Below, piece after piece: positions 1-13,000 of a stretch of 64,000 nt of DNA (position 1 is the stretch's first letter; each line of letters starts with the position of its first letter). Position numbers and translations under genes: made by a program. Origin of the DNA: the human T2T-CHM13v2.0 reference genome, Homo sapiens; assembly GCF_009914755.1 (NCBI RefSeq), contig NC_060948.1; one strand, given 5' to 3'. A model generated the notes under the pieces. That model did not search any database. It worked only from the letters and a program-made list of their open reading frames with translations, and was not told where the DNA came from.

Positions 1-911
1 AGGGAATGTGCCAGCATTGCCAAAGTTTGCACTAACATTGTTTCCTGCCACTTGGAGTAGTCACACCAGAACACAGGGCCATGGTGTGGAATCCTTTTGC
101 AATTAAGGGAATGCTTAAATGCAGTTGGAAGCACCTTCTGTGTCATCTGTTTTTACCATTTCTGCAGGTGAAGGTGTGGGACCCCATCCACCCTTCACCA
201 GATTGCATCCTCACCCGCATCTTACCTTATTGCTGCTCAAACTCTGTGTCCCAGAATGAAATCCCAGGATGATGGAGGATTGCCCCCTCACAACGTGAAG
301 CAGCTGCTCAGCTGGAAACTGAATTCAAGGTTAATTCAAGGAGCTCTGCAACATGACTGGTAGTGTTGATTTTTGGGTTGACTTCAGGACAATAAAACAT
401 TCTCCAGGAATCATGCAGCTTTTCTATAGAAGTGAGAGAACAAGAGTTTCCTTGTTTGTGGCTGTTGCATGAATTTACAGTTTTAAAAGTATCACAGCTG
501 CCCAGTCATTAAAACATGGCAGTGTTTAGGGGGAAATACTCACACAATAGAATCCCATGAGGATCATTTTCCATGAACTGGGGAATGTTGAGTTTAGAAG
601 ACGTTGAGCCAGACCAAGGAAACTACGCCAATGACGAACAAAGAAGTCAGGAAAAGATGAGGCAATTGTGGAAGCTGCATCCCACCCAGTATCAATCCAT
701 CCCACTCACATTTGGCTCTGCGTTTGAAAGCCCTCAAATTGAGAGTTTGCCAGGATGGCCCCAGTTTGCACTCCAAATGTTCCCTGTGTGTTAGAGTACT
801 CCCACATGAAAATGGGGCCATAGTGTGGACAGCTTGTGATATTAAGGGAATACAAGGACAAGGATATAGTTGGAAATAACTTCTTTGTCATTTGTCTTCA
901 CCTTTTTTCAG

Positions 912-1073
912 GTGAAGGTGTAGGACCCCATCCACCCCTCACCAGATTGTATCCTCACCCCTATCTGACCTCACTGCTGCTCACACTCTCTGACCCAAAG
1001 TGAAACCCCAAGACAATGGATTAGTGCCTCCGTACAAGGTGAAGCACCTACTCAGGTGGGAATCAAATTTGAG
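912..1073 (+). other. Representative exon-like cassette (162 nt) present once per monomer; possible TTTY-type lncRNA exon
   Basis: It is preceded by a polypyrimidine tract and CAG ('ccttttttcag|gtgaag') and followed by 'gag|gtaaat'. The same pair occurs at 168-329 and 3386-3556 and in most units. Transcription is not shown by the sequence. Confidence 0.4.
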
Positions 1074-4000
1074 GTAAATTCAAGGGGCCCTGTGAACAGT
1101 GCTACTGTCTATCACTGGGTTGGCTGCAGGATTAAAACACACTGGAAGATGTCTGTTCTTGAATGTGGTGTGCTCCTCTTCTTTGTAGAAGAGAGACTGT
1201 TTTTACAGGGAAAGGTGATTTGGACCTCTGCCAGCATCCCAATTCACAATAGATTCATTATCTACAGAAAAATAGAGAACATTGAGCCCTGCAGCCAAAA
1301 CAGTGACACCAACAGGCCACCAAAATGTTAGGAGACTTGAAAAATGAAGTGCCACAGTGCGTTAGCCAGATTTTTTTTAAGCAGACTCCATGTACAGGCA
1401 CACACACACAAACAAAAAAACACCGAAAGCCACACACACACAAGCAGACATCCAGCACTCCCAATGCTCCCATAGCAACACTCAGCCCTGCAGCTTCTGG
1501 GTTGTGTGGTTCTGCAGGAAGCTCCACCTGGGAGAGGGCAGCCATGGGGAAAACAGGCTCTACATAGAAATCAGAGTAGGGCAAGTTTCCAAAAGACTCA
1601 CCCCTACAACGTCTAGGCAGGCCTAAGGCATTCTGCAGATATTTTTGGATCCTTAGGGATTTCAGGGCTTATTCCTGGCTCTGATTGATGTTTTTTTTTC
1701 AGTTTGGTTCACCTCTGCCCTCTCCTGGGATCATGGGACTATACTGTGAATCCCACAGAGATGGCAGGCGAAATTCCAACACCAATACCCACCCCCCGCC
1801 CCCACGAAATTCTCCTTTTCCGCCAAGCCATAGGGACTTGTCAGTAGTCAATGGTGGCATTGACTGTGACGCTAGCCATAGTGCACATCTCATGCCTGGT
1901 GCCCTGATACTAGCACATATCCCTTCATGAGGCAGGTTGTTGTGCCTGGCTCTAGGAGATGTCAGCCTGCCTAAACAGAGGAAAATGGTACAGACAGAGC
2001 TGATCTGGTGTCAGAAATAATGCTGCCTGTGATAATTCACTGTGGGACTCTAAACTTTTGAGCTTAGGGCATCTTTGGGCCATCTCTGGGTCGTTCCCTC
2101 TGGAGGAGGAGACATTTTGATACTGTGAGGTAGTCGCTGGAAAGTGCCCTTCTGACTCCATTCTTAAAAAAGGCTGTGTGCAGGAATCGTGTCCCATGGG
2201 TATTGAAATATAGTCTGGGGAATTGTTGAGAGGTCTTTGCATGATGGAATCATACCTGAGACCCCAGAGGCAGATGTCAGTGACAGACTACCAGGGCCTT
2301 GGCCTCACTGCCTCCCTTCATTTTGGGCCTCACAAGGTCTCTCTGGGAAAGGTAGGAACCACGACAAAGACAAATCCAGTGTGGAGCAGTGTTCTCACAC
2401 ATCGCACTGGCCTTTCATAGGTGCAGATGATGTTGGGACAGTGTCTCAAAGGTTGTCTGTGGTGATTGTAAGCCTGTAAAGAATGTCTATTAGCACTGTT
2501 GAGGAGAACTGTGGACCCCCCATGAAATGAAAGAAAAATCAAGACTCCCCTGATTGAATGAGGTTACTTGCCCTGGCATCCAGGCAATGTTCAAATATTC
2601 CTGTCAGAGAACCCAAAGCCTTCTACAAAGTGAAAACCACCTGAGCCTCCACAATGAGAAAACAACCCACAACCTGGAGTGTAGCCAGCCTACCTGAAGT
2701 TTCTATTTTTCCCTGTAATCCCTGGCAACCAATAGATCTTTGGCAAGAGGCACTCCCACCCAGCTATAGCACAGTGAAAGAAACCCTCCACAATGAGAAA
2801 GGATGGGCAGATCTAATAAAACAGATCCTAGATTACCAGAAAAAGCCACACAGGGCTGCCTCCTTCTCATCCTACAGGAATCATGCAGCTCTCCGATAGA
2901 AGTGGGAGAAACAGAGTTTCCTTCTTGGCCACTGGAATGTGAATTTATTGTTTTAAAATTATCACAGCTGCCCAGACATTAAACTGAGACAGTGCTTAGA
3001 AAGAAATAATCACACAATGGATCCCCATGAGATCATCCTTGTGAAGTGGAAATGCTTGTTATGGAAAACTTAGATCCAGACCCAGGAAACCTTAGGTCGA
3101 TGAGGAACATGGAAGTCAGAATGCAAAGATGAAAGTGTGGAGGCCACATGCCACCAGCATCAATCCCTCCCAGTCCCATTTGGTTCTGGGTATGAAAGCC
3201 CTCAAATATGGAGTTAGCCAACTTGGCCCCAGTTTGTACTCCAAATGTCCCCTGCACGTTGGAGTACTCCCGCGTGAACACAGGGCCATGGTATGTGCGG
3301 CTTGTGCAACTAAGAGAATGCTGGGATGCAGTTGGAAGCAACTTCTGTGTTATCTGTCTTCTTTTTTTTTTTTCTTTTTTTGCAGGTGAAGGTACAGCAT
3401 GGCATCCACCCCTCACCAGAGGGGTATCCCCACCCCTATCTGACCTTATTACCTTATTGCTGTTCAAAGTCTCTATCCCAGACTGAAATCCCAAGACAAT
3501 GGAGAAGTTCCCCCTGATGATGTGAAGCACCAACTCCTCTGGGAATCAAATTCGAGGTAAATTTAATAGGCCCGGTAGAGATGAATGATAGTGTCTCTCC
3601 TTGGATTGGCTGAAAGACAATTAAACACTGGTATATTTCTGTTCTTGGTTGTGGTGTTCTTCTGTTCTTTCTAGAAGAGTGGCTTTTTTGGCAAAGGAAG
3701 GTGATTTGGACAGTGGTGTTTCTCAGCCAGCTTGCCAATTCACTGCAGATTCATGATCCTCAGAAAAATAAAGAATATGGATCCCAGCAGCCCAAGTAGA
3801 CCCACACATACAGGCCACTACAATGTTTGGAGACTCAAAAAAAAAAAAAGAAAAAAGAATCACTGCAGTGCATTAGCCACATTCCTTTAAGCAGACTCCA
3901 CTTAACAGGCACACACACACTCAATCACACATACACACTACCACATACATGCAGATTTCCAACATTTGCAACACTCTCACAAAAACACACAGCCCAGCAG

Positions 4001-7000
4001 CTTCTTAGGCTTCTTGGTTCTGCAGGAAGCCCTGCCTTTGAAAGAGCAACCCCAGGGAACACAGGCAGCCTGTGCCTAGAAATTACAGTATGGTAAGTTT
4101 TAAAAAGACTCATCCCGACAAAGTCTGGGAGGCTTGAGGCATCCTGCAGATTCTTTTGGATCTGTACGGATTTTGTGGCTTATTCCTGGGGCTGTGCTTG
4201 ACTTTTCTTCAGGCTGACTCACCTGCTCCCTCTCCTTAGGCCCATGGGACTATCGTGGGAATCCCACAGGGAAGATAGGCGAGAGTCCACCGCTGACTCA
4301 CCTCCACGGAGTTCTTATCCACAAAGTCACAGGGACTTATCCCTAGGCAATGGTGGCCTTCATTGTGATGCTAGCTGGAGCCCATAGCTCAGTCCTTGTG
4401 TCTAAGAGTATGCAGGCTTTCGTGATGGGCTGTCAGACCTGTCAGCCAGCCTAAAAAAAAAAGAAAAAAAAAGATACAGGAAGAGCCGGCACGGTATTGA
4501 AAAAAATGCTGCCTACAATAACTCAATGAGGGACCATAAATGTCTCAACTGTAGTGCCTCTACAAGTCATTCCTGTGGCCAGGTCCCACTGGAGAAGGAG
4601 GTGATTCGAGACTACGAGGTGGTCTTTGGAAAGTGTTACTCTGATTCCATTCCTGAAAGGCTGTGTGCAAGAGTCTGGACAGATGGAGGTTAGAATATAT
4701 TCTGGTGAGTTGTTGAGGGCTCTTTGGGTGGTGGAATCATACCTGAGAGACCAGAGGTGGGTGTCATCAAAAGATGGCTGGGCTCTTGACCTCACTGCCT
4801 CCCTTCATGCTGGGCCTTGCAGAGGCCCTCTGGGAAAGGAAGGAACCACGAAAAAAGCAAGTCCAAGGCAGAGCAGTGTTCTCTGACCTCGAGCTGACCC
4901 CTAACGGATTCAGATGAGGTTGAGACAGTGTCTCAGAGCCCGTCTGTGATGAATGCAAGCCTAAAAAGGGTTTCCAGTAATGCTGTTGAGGGGCACTGTG
5001 GACCCAAGATGAAAGCAAAGAAAATTCAAGGCCTGCCTGAGAGAACCACCTGACTTGTGCTGGAGTCCAAGTAACATTCAAAGATTTCTGTCACAGGACC
5101 CTAAATCCTCCTGCAAATTGCAAACAGCCTCAGCTGCAACAATGAGACCATGACCCACAAGCTGGAGCTCAGCCAGCCTGCCTAAATTCCCTTTTGCTTT
5201 CAGAAATCCCTGGCAGCCAAAAGATTTGTGGTGAGTGGCACCCCCATCCAGAAACAGCCCAATGAAAGATCCCCTCCACAATAAGAAAGGACATATAGAT
5301 GAAATGAAATAGAGTCTAGATTTCCAGGCAAAAGACAGAAATGCCTGCCTGTTTCTCATCCTAGAGAAACTGTGTAGCCCTCTGATAGAAGTGGGAGAAC
5401 AAGAGTTTCCTTGTTGGTGGCTGCAACGGGAATTTACAGTTCTAAAAGTATCACAACTCTCCAGTCATTAAAACGTGACAGTGTTTAGAAGGAAACATTC
5501 ACTCAATGAATTCCCATGAGGGTCGTCCTCCATGAACTGGGAACATTTAGTTTGGAAGAAATTGAGCCAGACCAAGGAAACCCTATGCTGAAAAGGAACA
5601 CGGAAGTCAAGAAAACAAGAGGCAAGTGTGGAGGCCACATGCCACCCAGTATCTATCGATTGCCCTCCCATTATGCTTCAGATATAAAAGCCCTCAAATT
5701 GGGAGATTGTGAGGATGGCCCCAGTTTGCACTCCAAATATTCCCTGAACGTTGGAGTACTCCCACCTGAACAATGGGGATTGTGTGGACTGCTTTTGCAA
5801 CTAAAGGAATTTGGCAATGCAGTTGGAAACACCTTCTGTGTCATCTGTTTTAAACTTTTTTGCAAGCTAAGGTGTGGGACCCCATACACCCCTCAGCAGA
5901 TTGTATCCTCACCCCTAACTGTTCTTTTTGCTGCTCACACTCTCTGTTCCAGAAAAAAAATCCCAAAACGATGGAGGAGTTGCCCCTCATGACATGTAGA
6001 ACCTGCTCTCCTGGGAACCAAATTCTAGGTAAATTCAAAGGGTCTTGTGAACAACACTGCTATTGTCTCTCCCTGGGATGGCCACAGAACAATGAAAAAC
6101 ATTGTGATGTCTATTCTTAGGTGTGGTTTTCTCCTGTTCTTTCCTGAAGAGTGACACTTTTGCAGGTGGAGGGGACTTGGACCCTAGCAGGTCATAGCCA
6201 GCCTCTCAATTAACTGCATTCATGATCCACAGAAAAATAAAGAACACACATACCAAGTAAAACAGCAGAGACAAGTCACCAAAATTTTTGGAGACTCAAA
6301 AAAAATGCTATAGTGCAATAGCTACATTCCTTTAAGCAGACTCCACTTACAGACACACACATGCACACACACACAAACACACAATGCCACAAACACACAT
6401 GCAGATTTTGAACATTTGCAACACTCCCACAGAAACATACAGCCTGGTCTCGCCTGAAGCTGTGTGGTTCTGCAGGAAACCCCACATGGCATAGAGCAAC
6501 AATGCACAACACAAGGGGGGCTGTAACTAGAAATCACAGTGGGGCAAGTTTCAAAAACACACCCCTACAATGTCTAGGCAGGCCTGAGGAATCCACTTCT
6601 GCCCTCTCCTAGGATTGTGGGACTATGCCATGGATTTCACAGAGAATAAAAGCAGAGTCCACTGCAGATGCACCCCCATGAAGGTCTCCTTTTTCCACCA
6701 AGCCTCAGGGCCTTGTTGCTAGGCAATGATAACATTCATTGTGATGCTCAAAAGAGCTCACAATCAGGTCTGGTGCCCCAAGACTAGTGCAAACACATTC
6801 ATGAGTTAGGTTCACTTACCTGGCTGTCAGAGCTGTTAGCCTGCCTAACCAAGGAAAATGGTACAGGCAGAACCTGCCTGGTATCAGAAAAAAAGCAGCC
6901 TGTGAAAACCCATTGCTGGACCCAAAAAAGTCTCCATCTCTGGGCCCCTTCGTCCGTCTCTGTGATCGGGTCCCATTGGAGGAGAAGGCATTTTGAGATT

Positions 7001-10000
7001 GTGAGGTGGTCTCTGGAAACTGCTGTTCTGACTCCATTCCCAAAAGAGAATGTGTGTCAGAATCAGGTCCCATGGAAATTGGTTTATAGTCTGGCGTGCT
7101 GTTGAGGGGTTTTTGGGTGATAGAATCAGACTTTGTTGAGGGTTTTTTGGGTAAAAGAATCATACTTGAAACCCCAGAGGCGGCACTTGACCTGTTCTTA
7201 CACCTCAGACTGGCCTCTCAAGGGCACAGATGACATTGAAACAGTGTCTCAGATGTCATCTGTGGTGATGGCAAGGGTGAACAGTATGTGCAGTAGTGCA
7301 GTTGGGGGACACTGTGGATCCCCCATGAAAGCAAAGAAAAATCTAGGCTCGCATGAGAGAACAAGCTGCCTTGTGCTGGAGTACAGGCAATGTTCAACGA
7401 TTCCTGTCTGAGGACGCAAAAGCCTCCCACAAAGTGCAAAGAACCTCAGCCCCCAGAACGAGACAACAATCACAACATGGAGCCCATCCAGCATACACAA
7501 AGTCCCTTTTGCTGTCTAAAATTCCTGGCAGTTAATTAAACTGTAGAGAGAGGGAGTCCCATCCAGGAACAGCCCAAAGAAACAGCCCTCCCACAATGAG
7601 AAGGCCGTGAAGATGAAATAAAATAGAGACTAGATTACCAGGCAAAAGCTAGACATGTTTGCCTGCTTCTTATCCTTCAGAAATCGTGCAGCTTTCTGAT
7701 GCAAGTGGGAGAACAAGGGTTTCTTTGTTGGTGACTGTAATACAAATTTACAGTTTTAAAAATATTAAAGCTGTGCAGTCATTAAAATGTGACAATGCTT
7801 AGAAACCAACACTCACACAATGGATTCCAGTGAGGGTCATTCTTCATGAACTGGGAAATGTTTAGTGTGGAAGTTGTTGAGCCAGACCCAGGAAACCCTA
7901 GGCCAATGAGGCGCATGGAAGAAAGGAAAAGAAGAGGCAAGTGTGAAGGCCACATGCCACCCAGCATCAATACATTGCACTCCCATTTGCCTCCGTGTAT
8001 GAAAGACCTCAAATCCAGAGTTTGCCAGGATGGTCCCAACTGGCACTTCCAATATTCCTTGCACATTGCAGAACTCCCACCTGAACATTGGGGCCATGGT
8101 GTGGACTGTTTGTGCAATTAATTAAATGTGAGTACAGACGTAGAATCACCTCCTGCATCAATTGTCTTCATTTTTATTGCATGGGAAGTTGTGGGACCCC
8201 TTCCACCCCTCATCTAATTGTATCCTCACTCCAGTCTCACCTTATTCCTTCTCACACTCAATGTCCCAGAATGAAAACCTAAGACAATGGAGAAGGGACC
8301 CTTCATGATTTGAAGCACCTGCATGGCTGGAAACTGAATTTGTGGTAAATTCAAGGGCACCTGCAGACAGGACTTTAATTGCCTCTCCCTGGGTTGGAAG
8401 CAGGGCAATGAAATGTGGCAGATGTCAATTTTTCCACTTTTTGTGGTGTGGTGTGTCCTTCTTCTTTCTAGAAAAGTGGACTTTTTTTTCAGGAGGAGGT
8501 GATTTGGATGCCAGTGGATCCTTGCCCGCCTCCCAATTCACTGCGGATTCACGATACACAGAAAATTTAAAAACATGGAGCCCCGCAAGCCAAGCAGAGC
8601 CACACATAAAGGCCAAACAGAAGGTTTGGAGACACAGAAAAAGAAGCAGTGAAGTGTGATAGCCACATTTCTTTAAGCAGACTGCACATACAAGCACAAA
8701 CACAGAGACACACAATCACACAATGCCACACACATACACAGACTTTCAACACTCACAACACTCCCACAGAAACACACAGTCTGGCAGCCTCTGAGGTTGT
8801 GTGGTTCTGCAGGAAGCCACACCTGGCATAGAGCAACCCTGGGGAACACAGGCGAGCTGTAACTAGAAATCACATGGGGGCAAGTTTCAAAAAAACTCAC
8901 ACCTACATCTAGGCAGGCCTGAGGTAAACAGCAGATCCTTTTGGATTCCTAAAGATTTTGCAGTTTATTCCTGGGACTATGCTTTCATTTCCTCACACTG
9001 TCTCTCATCTGAAATCTCCTAGGATCATGGGACTATCCCGCGGATTCTGCAGAGAAGACAGGTGACAGTTCACCATGGACAAACCTCTACGGAGGTCTCC
9101 TTCTCTGACAGGAGGCAGGGACTTGTGGCTAGGCAGTGGTGATATTTTTGGGATGCTAGCCAGAGCTCACAGTCTGACCTGGAGAATAGTGCATGTGCAT
9201 TCATGAAGCAGGCTCGGGCACCCAGCTCTTACAGCTGTCAGTCTGACTAGCAGAGAAAAATGGTAGAGGCAGAGCTGGCATACTATCAGAAAAAATGCTG
9301 CCTGTGAAAACCCACTGTGGGTCCCCAAAAGTCTCAACCTCAGGGCCCCTTCAGGCAGCCTCTGTGGTCGGGTCCCACTGGAGGAGGATGCATTTCAAGA
9401 CTGTGAGGTTGTCACTGGAATCCACTCTTCCAGCTTCATTCCCATAGGAGGCTGTGTGCCAGAATCGAATACGATGGGGTGTCAGTGAAAGATGGCCAGG
9501 CTTTTGACCTCACTGTCTCCCTTCATCCTGGGCCTTGCAGGGATTCTTTGAGAAAGGAAGGAACCATGAAAAAGCCAAGTCCAATGTGAAACAGTACTTT
9601 GGACTGGCCTCTCATGGGTGCAGATAAAATTGAGACCATGTCTCAGAGGTTGTCTGTGGCAATGGCAAGCCTGAGAAGAGTGTCCAGTGGTGCTATTGAG
9701 GGGCACTGTGGATTCAACATGAAAACAAAGAAAAATCAATGCTCACCAGAGAGAATGGGCTGCCTTGTGATGGAGCCCAGAAATTTTCAATATTTCCTGT
9801 CAGAGGACCCAAAACCCTGCTGCAAAGTGCTAACAACCTCAGTCACCACAATGAGAAAATGACCCAAAACCTATAGTGCAGCCAGCCTACCCAAAGACCT
9901 TTTTGCTTTATGAAATCCCTGGCAGCTAAATAATTTGTGGTGAAAAGCAGTCCAATCCAGCAGCAGCCCAATAAAAAATCACTTCCACAATCAGAAGGTG

Positions 10001-13000
10001 GTGCAGATGAGATGAAACAAATGCTGGATTACTGGGCAAAAGCCAGACATGGCTGCCTGATTTTCATTCTTCAGGAATCATGCAGCCCTCCAATAGAAGA
10101 GGGAGAACAGGAGTTTTCTTGCTGGCAGCTGTAATGGGAATTTATTGTTTTAAAAGTATCTAAGATGCCCAGTCATTAAAACATGACTGTTTAGAAGGAA
10201 ACACTCATGCAATGGATTCCCATGAGGGTGATTCTCTGTGAACTGGGAAATGTTTAGTGTGGAAGTCATCGAGCCAGTCACAGTAAACCCTCAGCCAATG
10301 ATGGACATGGAAGTCAGGAAAAGAAGAGGCAAGTTTAGGGGTCACATTGCACACAGCATTAATGCATTCCACCCCCATTTGGCTGAGATATGAAAGCTCT
10401 CATGTGAGAAGTTTGCCAGAATGGCCCCAATTTGTATACCAAGTGTCCCTTGAAGGTTGAAGTAATTCCACCTGAAACCAGGACATGGTGTGGACAATTC
10501 CTTTGCAGGTGAAATTGTGGGACTCTATCCACCCCTCAGTAGATTATATACTCACCTCTATCTGACCTTATTGCTGCTCACATTCTATTTCACAGGATGA
10601 AATCCCAAGACAATAGAAGTGTGTCCCTTCATGATGTGAAGCATCTGATTGAATTCGAGGTAAATTCAAGGGGCCTTGAAGACAGGATGACTAGTGTCTC
10701 TCCCTGATTTGGCCACAGGATGAGAAAACACTGGGATATGTTTGTTTGTGTGTGTGTGTGGTGTGCTCCTCTTCTTTCTAGAGAGGGCCTTTTTTTATTT
10801 CAAGGGGAGGTAATTTGGATGCCGGGGGGTCTCAGGCCACCTCCCAGTTCACCATGGATTCATGATCAACAGAAAAATAGAGAACATGGAGCCCTGCAGC
10901 TCCAGCAGAGCCACACAAGCCAACAAAAGATAGGAGTCTCAAAAAAAAAAGAAATGCTGGAGTGTGTTAGCCCCATTCCTTTAAGCTGACTCCACTTACA
11001 GGCACACACACACAAACACACACAGACACAAACACACATGCAGACATCCAACACTTGCAACACTCCTACAGAAACACACAGCCCAGCAGCTCTAGAGGCT
11101 GTGTGGTTCTTCATGAAACCCCACCTGGGAGACATCAATCCTGGGGAACAACTGGGGGCTGTATCTAGAAATCACAGTGGGGCAGTTTCTGGAAGACTAA
11201 TTTCTACAATATCTTGGTGGAACTGAGAAATCCTGCAAATACTTTTGGATCTTTGGGGATTTCACAGTTTATTCCTTGGGCTATGCTTGAATTTTTTCAG
11301 GCTGGCTCATGCCTGCCCTCTCCTAGGATCATGTGTCTATCCCATGGATCCCACAGAGAAAACAAGCAAGAGTACAACACCACTGCACCTTCACAGAGGC
11401 CTGTTTCTCAGCTAAGTAGCAGGGACTTGTCACTAGGCCACGGTGACATTTAATGTGATGCTAGCCAAAGCTCACAATCAGGCCTGGTGCCCTGAGACAA
11501 GCATGTGCATATTCGTGATGTCAGCGTAGGAACTTGTCTGTCAGAGCTGTCAGCCTGCCTTAGCAGAAAAAAATGGTACAGGCAGAGCCAGGTTGGTATC
11601 ATGAAAAAGGCTGCTGGCAAAAATCCACTGTGGGATATTAAGAGTCTCAACCTCAGGAATGCTTTGGGCCATCTCCGTTGTCAGGTTTCTCTGGAGAAGG
11701 AGGTGTTTCATGACTGTGAGTGAGTCTCTGGAAACTGCCCTTCTGACTCCATTCTGAAAAGAGGCTGTGTAAGAATCAGGTCGCTTGGGGATTGGAATAT
11801 AGTCTGGTATGTTGTTGAGGGTTATTTTGGTGATAGGAACTTACCTGAGAACCCAGAAGTGGGTGTCAGTGAAAGATGGCTGGGCTCTTGACCTCACTGT
11901 CTCCCTTCATCCTGGTCCTTGCAGGGCCTCTCTGCAAAAGGCAGGAACCACGACAAAGGATAGTCCACAGTAAAGCAGTGTGCTGACACCTGGGGCTCAC
12001 AACTCACAGGTGCAGATGAGGTTGAGACAGTGTCTAAGAGGCTGTTTGTGGTGATGGTAAGCCTGAAAATGGTGTCCAGTACTACTGTTGAGGGGCAATG
12101 TGGATTCCCCATGAAAGCAAAGAAAAATCAATGCTCACCTGAAAGAATGAGCTACCTTGTGATGGAGTCCAAGCAATGTTCAATGACTCATATCAGAGGG
12201 CTCAAAAGCCTCTGACAAAGTGCAAACAATCTCAGTCCCCACAACAGGACAATGACACACAACCTGGACTCAGCCAGCCTACCTGAGGTCACTTTGGTTC
12301 TCAGAAATCTTTGGCAACCAAATAATCTGTGGCAAGAGGCCGTTCCATCCAGCAACAGCCCAATGAAAGAGCCCCTCCGCAATGAGACTGCAGTGCAGAA
12401 GAAATAAAACAGAGGCTAGATTACCAGACAAAAGCCAGAAATGGCTGCCTGCTTCTCATCCTACAGGAATCCTGTAACCCTCTGGTAGAAGTGGGAGAAA
12501 CAAGAGTTTCCTTATTGGTGGCAGTAATGGGAATTTATGGTTTTAAAAGTATCAAAGCTCCCCAGTCATTACAACCTGATAGTGTTTAGAAGGAAACATT
12601 CATGCAATGAATTCTCATGGGGGTTGTTCTTCATGAACTGGGAAATGTTTAGTGTGGAAGTCGTTGAGCCAGACCCAGGAAACCATATGCTCATGAGAAA
12701 CATGAAAGTCAGGAAAAGAAGAGGCAAGTCTGGAGGCCACATCCCACCCAGCATCAATCCATTCCACCTCCATTTGACTCCAGGTAAGAAAGCCCTCAAA
12801 TCTGGAGTTTGCCAGGACGGCCTCAATTTGCACTCCAAATGGTCTTTTACTGTGGAGTACTCCCAACTGAACAGTGGGCCATGGTGTGGAATGCTGGTGC
12901 TTAAAGTAATGTGGAAATGGAGTTGAAAGCTCCTTGTTTGTCATCAGTATTCATATTTTTTTACAGGTGGGGTTGCAGAACCCCATCCAACCCTTACTAG

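Noticed and set aside
1390-1626. His/Thr-rich and Cys/Val-rich ORFs as metal-binding proteins
   Set aside because: They are translations of the (CA)n/(TG)n block in each monomer.
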